Shown: in pieces, positions 1 through 7,531 of the stretch
Numbering within the stretch: the stretch's first letter is position 1
How the letters are laid out: the number at the start of each line of letters is the position of its first letter
Origin: Candidatus Sericytochromatia bacterium
GTDB taxonomy: Bacteria > Cyanobacteriota > Sericytochromatia > S15B-MN24 > JAQBPE01
Length of the DNA: 13,700 bases
Assembly (NCBI GenBank): GCA_040400605.1
Contig: JBBAPZ010000032.1
Span: forward strand, 1 to 13,700
Direction of reading: 5' to 3'
Notes under the pieces: generated by a model
The model's database searches: none
Seen by the model: the letters and a program-made list of their open reading frames with translations, nothing else
Told to the model about the DNA's origin: nothing
Position numbers and translations under genes: made by a program

Positions 1-2
1 TT

Positions 3-668
3 GATGGCAAGGAACTGAAGGCTGATGTCAAGAAGTATGACCTTGACAAGAATGGTAAGGTTGACTTGATGGAGTTCCTGAAGGGTCGCGATGGTGATCG
101 CAAAGCCCAAGCCCCTGTGGGTGGTGCGGCGCAGGCACCGGCGCCCGGTGCACGCTTGAAGCAGATGAAGTTGTTGGATACCATCCGCAACCTCTTCTTG
201 GCTGATGGCAAGTGGTCGCTCAAGGAACATCGGATGTATGTGGATCTGCGCAAGATGCTGATGGGTCCCGCACAACCCCCGGTCGCGCCTCCGATTGGTG
301 GTAAGCCTCAACCCGCTGCCGCTGGTACTCAGGCCGCCCAGCAGGGCTTGCAGGCGGCAACGGCCAACGCCAATGCTGTTGCACAGCAAGCCGTGGCGGC
401 GCCACCTGCCGCAACTGATGCAGCAGCCCAGGCCCAGCTTGCTGCCGCGAATCGGGAAGGATTTGCCGCGGCGGATGAAGCGGACAAGGCCTTGCGTGAA
501 ATGCAGGCAGCACTGGGTGCAGCCCAGCAGCAGGCAGTGGCCCAGCCCGCAGCCGCGCCGGCGGCCGCTGCAGAAGCGCCGGTCAATCCTGATCTTGACG
601 GAGCGGATGAACTGGATGCAGAAGCCGTTCTCGCAGCTCCTCAGGCACAGGAGGCAGTCGCCAACTAA
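3..668 (+). CDS. EF-hand calcium-binding protein with Ala/Gln/Pro-rich low-complexity C-terminus (5'-partial)
   Basis: The frame of the 66..668 ORF is open to the window edge and reads DGKELKADVKKYDLDKNGKVDLMEFLKGR. DLDKNGKVDLME is a canonical 12-residue EF-hand loop (DxDxNGxVDxxE), and the leading DGKEL resembles the end of a preceding loop. The tail is A/Q/P-rich and ends acidic. A terminator follows. Confidence 0.8.
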   Translation, partial: DGKELKADVKKYDLDKNGKVDLMEFLKGRDGDRKAQAPVGGAAQAPAPGARLKQMKLLDTIRNLFLADGKWSLKEHRMYVDLRKMLMGPAQPPVAPPIGGKPQPAAAGTQAAQQGLQAATANANAVAQQAVAAPPAATDAAAQAQLAAANREGFAAADEADKALREMQAALGAAQQQAVAQPAAAPAAAAEAPVNPDLDGADELDAEAVLAAPQAQEAVAN

Positions 669-682
669 AAGGGTATTCAACG

Positions 683-713
683 CCCCTTGGACGCTTGTCC
701 AAGGGGTTTTTTT
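683..713 (+). terminator. Rho-independent terminator
   Basis: Perfect 10-bp stem CCCCTTGGAC (683-692) / GTCCAAGGGG (697-706), loop GCTT, then T7 (707-713), 15 nt after the stop at 668. Confidence 0.93.
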
Positions 714-992
714 GTGCGCCCGGCGGGGTGAAACTTGTGTTGCAGGCGTATGGTAGCAAACGCCTTGCAGGCTACCGCGTCCGTCCTCAAACCCGACCAG
801 TCATCACACAGGTTGGGTTTGAACCGGCACGCTTTTCGTCTTGCTTGGGGTTCTGTAAGCCAATGGAACCAAACGATATGCACCGTATGTCAACGGCAAC
901 AGCATGGACTTCAGGCGGAATATTGGGTGTTTTGATGCGCATGTTGTGCTCGTTGCTCCCTACCGATTGGTCGTTTTGCTCCTGACTTGAGG

Positions 993-1006
993 TAAATTTA
1001 AATTTA
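993..1006. promoter_or_regulatory. AT-only perfect palindrome TAAATTTAAATTTA, possible operator or promoter element of the M14 peptidase gene
   Basis: 14-bp perfect palindrome in a short AT island about 60 bp upstream of the probable GTG start at 1069. Function is inferred from position only. Confidence 0.3.
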
Positions 1007-1068
1007 AGTTAAGATGACACTTGACCTTTGCGTTCATGTGTAGACGGAATTGGTGGAGGGGTGTCAAG

Positions 1069-2289
1069 GTGTCACGGTTTCGGCGCACGCGTGGATTGTT
1101 GGCGATGTTGTTGGTGGTGGGGTGTGCGCAGGTGCGATCGCCCCTGGTGACCACGGCGGAACAAGGTGCAACGCGTGCACGCATGGACGGGACCCGTGAG
1201 GCAACGCTTCTTGGGGCGACACGTGATCAATTGACCCGCTTGGTTGAGGCGGGGGCTGATCTTTGGAGTGTCCTGCCGCGTCAGGCGCGCGCGAAGGGGG
1301 CATTGACGCCGGCGCAGGCTGAGCTCGCACGTCGCTTGGGCATTGTCGTGCAATGGGGGCCACAGCGGCAAGCATTCAAACAGGCCGATCCAAGTTATCG
1401 CAATTATGACCGGATTCTGAGTCGCCTGCGGGAGCTTGCCGCGCTGCGGCCGGAACTGGCCACCTTGGTGGATGTGGGCGATTCGTGGGAAAAAACCCGG
1501 AAGGCGGCGGATCGCGACTTGTGGGCCCTCCATCTGGTCAAAAATCCTGGCAAACCCGTGGTAGTCATCGCCGGTTGCCATCATGCCCGTGAGATTGTTA
1601 CGCCAGAATTGGTCTTGCGTATGGCGGAGCACCTGGTGCTCAATTACGGCCAGGACGATGCCATCACGCAGACGCTCAATGACCGGGACGTCTGGCTGAT
1701 ACCCTTGGTGAACCCCGATGCTTACGGCCGTGCACTGGCTGGCGCTGACTGGCGCAAGAATGCCAACAACGACACCGGTGGGCGACGGCGCGTGGGGGTC
1801 GATCTCAACCGTAACTACGACATTGCCTGGGGCACGGTCGGCGACTCGGGCAATAAAGAAGCAGACACTTTCCGCGGTAGTGCACCCTTTTCAGAGCCTG
1901 AAACGCAAGCCATGCGTGATTTGTTAAGCAGGACGCGACCAATTATTTATCTGACTTATCACAGTTACGGTAATGTGGTGATGTGGCCTTGGGATCATAA
2001 AGATGAGCCGCCTGCCGATCCCCGGCTGGTCAGATTGGGTCAGCAGTTGGGAAAACTTGCCGGCTATGATGCCTACCAAGGATCCAAGATGTATCTGAAC
2101 AGTGGTGATGATGTCGATTGGGCGCATGCCAAATTGGGGACCTTGGCGTATACGGTCGAAGTCGGAAGTTGGTCGGATGGGTTCATGCCGGATGCTTCAC
2201 GCTTGTCGGCATTTTGGGGTGCGAATCGGCCGCTGATGTGGCATGCGATCCGCGCCGCCGACAACCCCGGTGTCACGCCCGTTCTTTAA
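1069..2289 (+). CDS. M14-family zinc carboxypeptidase (carboxypeptidase T-like), predicted lipoprotein
   Basis: Motifs GCHHARE (HxxE zinc ligands), WRKN, GVDLNRNY, PFSEPET, TYHSYG (third ligand) and YTVEVG (catalytic Glu). Start placed at GTG 1069 (GGAGG at 1055-1059) rather than TTG 1021. This gives MSRFRRTRGLLAMLLVVGC: basic n-region, hydrophobic h-region and lipobox Cys. Confidence 0.92.
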   Translation: MSRFRRTRGLLAMLLVVGCAQVRSPLVTTAEQGATRARMDGTREATLLGATRDQLTRLVEAGADLWSVLPRQARAKGALTPAQAELARRLGIVVQWGPQRQAFKQADPSYRNYDRILSRLRELAALRPELATLVDVGDSWEKTRKAADRDLWALHLVKNPGKPVVVIAGCHHAREIVTPELVLRMAEHLVLNYGQDDAITQTLNDRDVWLIPLVNPDAYGRALAGADWRKNANNDTGGRRRVGVDLNRNYDIAWGTVGDSGNKEADTFRGSAPFSEPETQAMRDLLSRTRPIIYLTYHSYGNVVMWPWDHKDEPPADPRLVRLGQQLGKLAGYDAYQGSKMYLNSGDDVDWAHAKLGTLAYTVEVGSWSDGFMPDASRLSAFWGANRPLMWHAIRAADNPGVTPVL

Positions 2290-2298
2290 ATCCCCGAT

Positions 2299-2531
2299 TA
2301 TACAAAAACGCGTTGACTGGTGAGCAAATTTTGGCTGCTATTCAAAAACAGCGAGTCAGTTGCTGATGCTTTGAGGTTGCTATACAGATTCTGACTGACA
2401 AAGAGCCATCCGAGCACTTCTAATGTGACCCTGCGTCGGTCGCTGGTCACGTCACAAGCTTCCAGTTGATCCCTGATTAATAGGAATCTGTATAGACAAG
2501 TTTTGAACAAAAACCGACGCGTCACTGTATA
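2299..2531. mobile_element. Putative outer (older) MITE with TA|TACA...TGTA|TA ends, interrupted by the inner MITE
   Basis: TTATACAaaaACGCGT (2298-2313) versus reverse complement of 2517-2532, TTATACAgtgACGCGT: 13/16 match, continuing weakly to about 25/38. After removing the inner element it is about 120 bp. Single copy in the window. Confidence 0.5.
2381..2494. mobile_element. MITE copy 1 (110 bp plus TA duplication; IS630/Tc1-mariner-like ends)
   Basis: Perfect inverted repeat CTATACAGATTC (2380-2391) / GAATCTGTATAG (2484-2495). The inferred empty site is CTAG. Ungapped homolog at 9075-9189 (90/115 identical). Confidence 0.85.
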
Positions 2532-2565
2532 ACAGGCAACCACCGTACAACCCCGGTTTGCAATG

Positions 2566-2605
2566 CCAGCACGTCGCAGCCCACTTGGGCTGACGACGTG
2601 CTTGG
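2566..2605. other. Strong GC-rich stem-loop 3' of the S8 peptidase gene (terminator-like or mRNA-stabilising)
   Basis: AGCACGTCG-CAGCCC (2568-2582), loop ACTT, GGGCTG-a-CGACGTGCT (2587-2602): 15 bp with one bulge, about 15 nt past the S8 stop. No clear U-tract on either strand. Confidence 0.55.
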
Positions 2606-2618
2606 TAACTTGGGGCGT

Positions 2619-3869
2619 TTAGGACAAGGCCTTGCGTGCGTTGAGCCGGCCGTGACCAAACGCCGGATCGAATCCCGGTGCACCCAGGTCATCGACCGAC
2701 TGAAGGAGGCGGGCACGCAATTGCGGTACGGTCCAAGTTGGATACCTGTCACGCATGAGGGCAACAATACCCGCGACATGGGGCGCCGCCATGGAGGTCC
2801 CGGAGGCGTAACCGTAGGTGAACTTGCCAAGCGGCACGGGGAAGGTTGAGAAAATACCTTGGCCTGGCGCGCTCAGTGCCAGCCACTTGGCCTGATTCGA
2901 AAAACTGGCCCGTTCGTCTTTCTTGTCGGTTGCGCCAACCGCAATGACACCGGGCAACGAGGCCGGATAAATGTTTGGATCCACTTGCCCATTGTTGCCG
3001 GAGGCCGCAATAACCACCACGTTGCGCGCCAACGCATACTTGACGGCGTCTTCCAGGACGCCCGAACTGTAGGTGTCACCCAGACTCAAGTTAATGATTT
3101 TCGCACCTTGATCTACCGCATGGACTAACCCATTGGCCACACTCACCCATGTCGCTTCACCCTTGTCATTGAAAACCTTCTCGGCAAGTACACTCACACG
3201 GGGCGCCATGCCCACCACTCCGACACCATTGTTTGCACTGGCGCCGACAATGCCCGTCACGTGAGTCCCGTGCCCTTGGCGATCCGTCACATCGGTGATG
3301 TTATCCATCCAATTCCGTCCGGTCACAATGCGAGTGCGTCCTTCCCGGTCCTTGAAATCCGGATGGCTGACGTCACAGCCCGTGTCGAGCACGCCCACCA
3401 ACATTTGCGGCGACCCCTGCGTCACCGCGTGAGCATCTGACACAAACATTCTTAACAACGCATACTGCCATCGCGCCTCAGGGTCATTATAGGACACGGT
3501 GTCGGGCCGCTCATCCTTTGTGCGTTGAATGGCCTCAAAGTCCGACAACTTGAACGTGCGGCCCTCTTCGACCGCCAAGACCCCGGGAATGCTCGCAAGC
3601 GGGGATTGCTCCTGTTTGACCGACGACCTGAGACGCAACCATCCCAACCGCATGATCGGTTCGGTCGAATTGAGCACCATGCGATAACCGGCATTCTCGA
3701 ACGCACCCAACAAGTCGCGCGCGGACGTTTGGCGATCAAGCTTGACCCACCACTCCCCATTCGCGTTTCGAACACCCATACGGCCGCTTTGCCTGTCGAT
3801 ACCCTGCGCCGTTCCAAACGCGCCGCAGCCAGCCAGTACCAAACAAACACCCAACTGCAACCAACGCAC
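2619..3869 (-). CDS. S8-family subtilisin/thermitase-like serine peptidase, predicted lipoprotein
   Basis: Catalytic triad motifs VLDTG, HGTHVTG and GTSMAAPHV; oxyanion AASGN; INLSLG. N-terminal MRWLQLGVCLVLAGC lipobox followed by a propeptide-like region. GTG start with AGGAG upstream (ctcct 3877-3881). Confidence 0.95.
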   Translation of the reverse strand: MRWLQLGVCLVLAGCGAFGTAQGIDRQSGRMGVRNANGEWWVKLDRQTSARDLLGAFENAGYRMVLNSTEPIMRLGWLRLRSSVKQEQSPLASIPGVLAVEEGRTFKLSDFEAIQRTKDERPDTVSYNDPEARWQYALLRMFVSDAHAVTQGSPQMLVGVLDTGCDVSHPDFKDREGRTRIVTGRNWMDNITDVTDRQGHGTHVTGIVGASANNGVGVVGMAPRVSVLAEKVFNDKGEATWVSVANGLVHAVDQGAKIINLSLGDTYSSGVLEDAVKYALARNVVVIAASGNNGQVDPNIYPASLPGVIAVGATDKKDERASFSNQAKWLALSAPGQGIFSTFPVPLGKFTYGYASGTSMAAPHVAGIVALMRDRYPTWTVPQLRARLLQSVDDLGAPGFDPAFGHGRLNARKALS

Positions 3870-3947
3870 GATACGCTCCTTAATGATTTACACTATTATC
3901 ATCATTATATAAACTAATTTTAACATTTGACGCATTGAAGGGGCAAG

Positions 3948-4775
3948 TTGAACATGTTGACCCATGTTTTGGAGGACCAATTCAACGATATCCTGTTGAA
4001 GGCTTGGCGTGGCAGCGGGTTGTCGCGCGAGGCGGTGTGTCAGGCCGCGGGTGTTACCGCCGCCGATTTTGCGGGTTTGCTTGGTGGGCAGCTTGATGCG
4101 ATCGGTTTGTCCAAAATTGCGCGTGTGTTGGGTTTGGATTCTGAAAGCTTGTTGGCGATTGCGAGCGATGCGTACAACCCGTGTGTAAAGGCCCCTGAGT
4201 TTTTGTTGGTTTGTGCGAGTACGTATCGTGGATTTGTGGTCAATGCGTATCTGATTTGGGATCACGCGACTGGTGAGGCCGTGGCGTTTGACACGGGCGC
4301 GGATGCGCAGCCGATGTTGACGGCGCTTGAGGAGCGTCAGTTGCGATTGACGCACATTTTGCTCACGCACACACATGGTGATCATGTGGGGCAATTGGCT
4401 GCTTTACAGGCGGTGACCGGGGCGAGTGCGTATGTCAGCGAGGCTGAGCCGCTCACGGGTGCGGTGCCCATTGCTGCGGGGCACACGTTTTCGTGCGGGT
4501 CAATGGAGATTGTCGCGCATCGAACCAGTGGGCATACTGTTGGCGGGCTGTCTTACGTGGTGTCCGGGCGATCGCCCCGGGTGGTCGTGGTGGGTGACGC
4601 TTTGTTTGCAGGTTCGATTGGCGGTGGCTTGCACGATTATCACACGGCGCTGCGCGATAATCGGGACGTGATTTTTGGCTTGGAGGATGGGGTGGTGATC
4701 GCGCCAGGCCATGGACCGTTGACGACGGTGGGGCTGGAACGGCATCACAATCCTTTTTTCGCTGGGAGTTGGTGA
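3948..4775 (+). CDS. MBL-fold metallo-hydrolase (glyoxalase II-like) with N-terminal XRE/Cro-like HTH
   Basis: Motifs VNAYLI, FDTG, THTHGDH (HxHxDH), GHT, GDALF, PGHGPLTTVGLE..HNPF. The N-terminal ~75 aa (GLSREAVCQAAGV...LSKIARVLGL) has an HTH pattern. The start could be ATG 3954. Confidence 0.9.
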   Translation: MNMLTHVLEDQFNDILLKAWRGSGLSREAVCQAAGVTAADFAGLLGGQLDAIGLSKIARVLGLDSESLLAIASDAYNPCVKAPEFLLVCASTYRGFVVNAYLIWDHATGEAVAFDTGADAQPMLTALEERQLRLTHILLTHTHGDHVGQLAALQAVTGASAYVSEAEPLTGAVPIAAGHTFSCGSMEIVAHRTSGHTVGGLSYVVSGRSPRVVVVGDALFAGSIGGGLHDYHTALRDNRDVIFGLEDGVVIAPGHGPLTTVGLERHHNPFFAGSW

Positions 4776-4799
4776 GCCCTCACGATTGTGGGAGCTCAC
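4772..4799. other. Stem-loop at the stop of the MBL gene, between convergent genes
   Basis: GTGAGC-CC-t-CAC gatt GTG-GG-a-GCTCAC. No U-tract, so terminator function is uncertain. Confidence 0.35.
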
Positions 4800-4860
4800 G
4801 TTCAAAGCGGATGCTTAGCCAAATAGGCATCGCGTTTTACGACGTCTCAAAAGGGGTGTT

Positions 4861-5283
4861 TTAGCGGGCGATTTCGGATTGGGCTATGGTCCAGTCTCGA
4901 ATGTCACTTGGCACGGGCATGCAACTGAGACGAGACATCCGGACGAGTTCAAACTCGTTCCAGTTCGCGGCTTTGAAGGCTGAGAGCGGTACAGGGTGTG
5001 TGAGGCGTTTGACGCATTTGAGATCGACGCAAACGAATTTGCCGCTCGGATCTCCAGGGTCCGGTCTGGCCGCTCCGATGACCTCGGCCAAACCCACGAC
5101 GCGTCGCTCATTTCCGGAATGATAAATGAACGCGTGATCCCCCACGGCCATGGCTTTGAGGTGCCGCATGGCGAGGTGATTGCGCACGCCGTCCCAAGCC
5201 GTTTGACCCTCCCGCTCGAAATCGTCGAAACTGTACACATGCGGTTCGCTTTTCAGCAAATAGGTCTTCTCTGACAGGATCAT
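4861..5283 (-). CDS. EVE domain-containing protein (PUA-like)
   Basis: YLLKSEP, WDGVRN..A...LKAMAVGD..FIYHSG, and MSRLSCMPV are hallmark EVE motifs. Start moved from 5325 to ATG 5283 (or GTG 5286) because GGAGGAG lies at 5297-5291. Confidence 0.92.
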   Translation of the reverse strand: MILSEKTYLLKSEPHVYSFDDFEREGQTAWDGVRNHLAMRHLKAMAVGDHAFIYHSGNERRVVGLAEVIGAARPDPGDPSGKFVCVDLKCVKRLTHPVPLSAFKAANWNEFELVRMSRLSCMPVPSDIRDWTIAQSEIAR

Positions 5284-5468
5284 CACTGCCCTCCTCCATC
5301 GATTCGCCTTGGTTGGTTGGGTCATTCTAGCATTTGGTCGGATGGCTTGGCCGTGGTTTGATGGTTGTATGGGGTCCGTAAAAAGCGGTGTTTATCACAC
5401 GTGGGATGCGAGGTGGTATGGTATCTAGAAGAGGCAGGGATTGAACAGGTCAAGAGGAGGCGGACCAT

Positions 5469-6635
5469 ATGGCGACATGTGTGGTGACCTTTCGGTTGAC
5501 TGCATCCACCACGCCGAAGGGTCAGCGGGTGTTTCTGGTTGGCAGTCACAATGACTGGAAGCTGGCGCAGAAGTCCGGTTTGATGCACGAAGTCTCGCCG
5601 GGTCGGTTTGAGCTCAAGCTGGAGTTGCCAGTGGGGTCGCAACTGGCTTACAAGTTCAATCGCGGCAGCTGGCTGACGGTTGAAGTGGATGATCGCGGCA
5701 TTGAGAACGAGAATCGGCTTTTGCGGGTGGTGGGTGACCAGGTTGTGGAGCACGTTGTGCCTCATTGGCGTGATCAGGCATCCCGTGCGACGCCACGTCG
5801 CTTACGTGGAACGGATGTAACGGTTTTGCCACCGATGCCCATTCCGGCCTTGGGGCGTTCGCGCGAGGTGGTCGTGTATTTGCCGCCGCAGTATCATGAA
5901 CGGCCCGATGAGCGTTACCCGGTATTGTACCTCTTCGATGGTCAGAATCTGTTTGATGCATCGACCGCTTTTAATATGGAGTGGTGTGTCGATGAGACCT
6001 GCGATCGCCTGATTGCGGAGGGCAAACTGGCACCCTTGATTGTGGTCGGCATTTACAATGGCGGCGAACATCGGGTGAGTGAGCAATCGCCCTGGCGAGA
6101 CCAGCGTTTTGGCGCGCGTGGTGAGGGGTACGCGTTTATGCGGTGGGTATCCGGTGATCTCAAAAGTTATATTGACACCCATTATCGCAGCCTCAGCGAG
6201 CCCGAGCATACGGCGATTGGTGGGTCCAGCCTGGGCGGTTTGACCGCCTTGTTTGCGGCTTATCGTTACCCGCTGATTTTTGGAAAGGTGGCGGCTCTGT
6301 CCCCTGCGTTCTGGTTCGCCCGCAGTCAGATTTTTCGTTACGTTGCCTCGCAGCCTCCCCCCCGTGCGCGAGTTTATCTGGATTGTGGCGAACTGGAAAC
6401 GGCACGCGTGCACCCGAAGCGGGACTTTTACAAAGTGGCGGCGTCCATGGTGGATCTGCTCAAGCAGCAAGGCTTTGAAGAAGGGGTCAATTTGCGCTGG
6501 GTGAGCGATCCCAAAGGCACACACAGCGAACAGTGTTGGGCCAGGCGCGTTGGTGGTGCCCTGCAGTTTTTGTTTCCGGGCAACGGCGGGTTGCGGCCCC
6601 GGCAGCCAGGGAGCATGACTTTGCGGATTCGCTGA
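5469..6635 (+). CDS. Alpha/beta-hydrolase (putative esterase family) with N-terminal CBM20-like starch-binding domain
   Basis: N-terminal VTFRL...VFLVGSHNDW...YKFNRGSW..VE (CBM20/48-like). VYLPPQY..RYPVLYLFDGQN, nucleophile elbow GGSSLGG, GTHSE..W. RBS GAGGAGG at 5454-5460. Confidence 0.88.
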   Translation: MATCVVTFRLTASTTPKGQRVFLVGSHNDWKLAQKSGLMHEVSPGRFELKLELPVGSQLAYKFNRGSWLTVEVDDRGIENENRLLRVVGDQVVEHVVPHWRDQASRATPRRLRGTDVTVLPPMPIPALGRSREVVVYLPPQYHERPDERYPVLYLFDGQNLFDASTAFNMEWCVDETCDRLIAEGKLAPLIVVGIYNGGEHRVSEQSPWRDQRFGARGEGYAFMRWVSGDLKSYIDTHYRSLSEPEHTAIGGSSLGGLTALFAAYRYPLIFGKVAALSPAFWFARSQIFRYVASQPPPRARVYLDCGELETARVHPKRDFYKVAASMVDLLKQQGFEEGVNLRWVSDPKGTHSEQCWARRVGGALQFLFPGNGGLRPRQPGSMTLRIR

Positions 6636-6658
6636 GATCAAGACCAGGGGGTGGTTGA

Positions 6659-7531
6659 GTGGATAAATTGATTATCACGTGTGCGCCGGTGGGCGCGGAA
6701 GTCATGCGACACGACAACCCACACGTGCCTTACACGTCTGCGGAAATCGCAGTGGCTGCGATTCAGGCCGTTGAGGCCGGCGCGAGCGTGATCCATTTGC
6801 ACGCCCGTACGGACGATGGGCAACCAAGTCAGGATCCGGAGCGCTTTCTGGCGATCGCCCGCAGGATTCGTGCGGTGTGCGACCCCATCTTGCAGATTTC
6901 CACCGGTGGCGCCGTGACAGCCACCACGGCCGAACGTCTGGCTCCCCTGCACCACCTCGAGTTATCACGTGAGCTGGAAATGGCGTCTTTCACCTGCGGC
7001 ACGGTGAATTTTGGTGATGACGTGTTCATGAACAGCCCCACCTTCCTGAAAGAACTGGCCACCACGCTGCGGCACCTTGGTATCAAACCCGAGATTGAGG
7101 TGTTTGAGGCCGGGATGGTCACCAATGCCTTGCGACTGGTCAAACAGGGCTTTTTGGCACACCCGTTGCACTTCGATTTTGTGTTGGGCGTGCCGGGCGC
7201 CATGACAGGCGGTTTGCGTCAATTGATGTTTCTGGTGGATCAATTGCCACCTTTGTGCACGTGGTCCGTTGCGGGTATCGGTGCGCACCAACTGCCGCTC
7301 GCGACGCTTGCAATCATGCTGGGCGGACACGTGCGGGTCGGCTTCGAGGATAACTTGTATTATCGGCGGGGTGAACTGGCAGTGAGCAACGCGCAGTTGG
7401 TGGCGCGCGTGGTGCGCATTGCCGAGGAACTGGGGCGACCGGTTGCCACACCCGCGGAAGCGCGTGAAATTTTGGGTCTGCCTGCGTCATGGGAAGCCCG
7501 GGCAGTCAGTGATGAAAGGATGCACCCGTGA
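6659..7531 (+). CDS. kce: 3-keto-5-aminohexanoate cleavage enzyme (DUF849/BKACE family)
   Basis: MDKLIITCAPVGAE, IHLHAR (HxH zinc ligands), QISTGGAV, CGTVNFG, VRVGFEDN. Adjacency to kdd supports true Kce specificity within the family. Confidence 0.92.
   Translation: MDKLIITCAPVGAEVMRHDNPHVPYTSAEIAVAAIQAVEAGASVIHLHARTDDGQPSQDPERFLAIARRIRAVCDPILQISTGGAVTATTAERLAPLHHLELSRELEMASFTCGTVNFGDDVFMNSPTFLKELATTLRHLGIKPEIEVFEAGMVTNALRLVKQGFLAHPLHFDFVLGVPGAMTGGLRQLMFLVDQLPPLCTWSVAGIGAHQLPLATLAIMLGGHVRVGFEDNLYYRRGELAVSNAQLVARVVRIAEELGRPVATPAEAREILGLPASWEARAVSDERMHP

Noticed and set aside
2381..2494. Fold-back repeat as an integron attC site or CRISPR repeat
   Set aside because: No RYYYAAC...GTTRRRY ends, no integrase or cas gene, only two copies 6.7 kb apart, and one interrupts a gene. 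TA-flanked MITE fits better.
3883..3912. Fur-box-like ATAATGATGATAAT in the S8/MBL divergent spacer (minus strand)
   Set aside because: Only a partial match in generally AT-rich promoter DNA, and neighbours are not iron-related.
3948..4775. Beta-lactamase / resistance gene call
   Set aside because: No signal peptide, and the C-terminal motifs match glyoxalase II-like housekeeping MBL hydrolases.
5284..5765. N-terminal extension of EVE to 5325 and upstream 147-aa minus ORF
   Set aside because: The RBS favours a start at 5283/5286, and the 147-aa ORF overlaps the esterase gene antisense.
5802..6641. 279-aa minus-strand ORF
   Set aside because: Antisense shadow of the esterase gene with no motifs; expected in GC-rich DNA.
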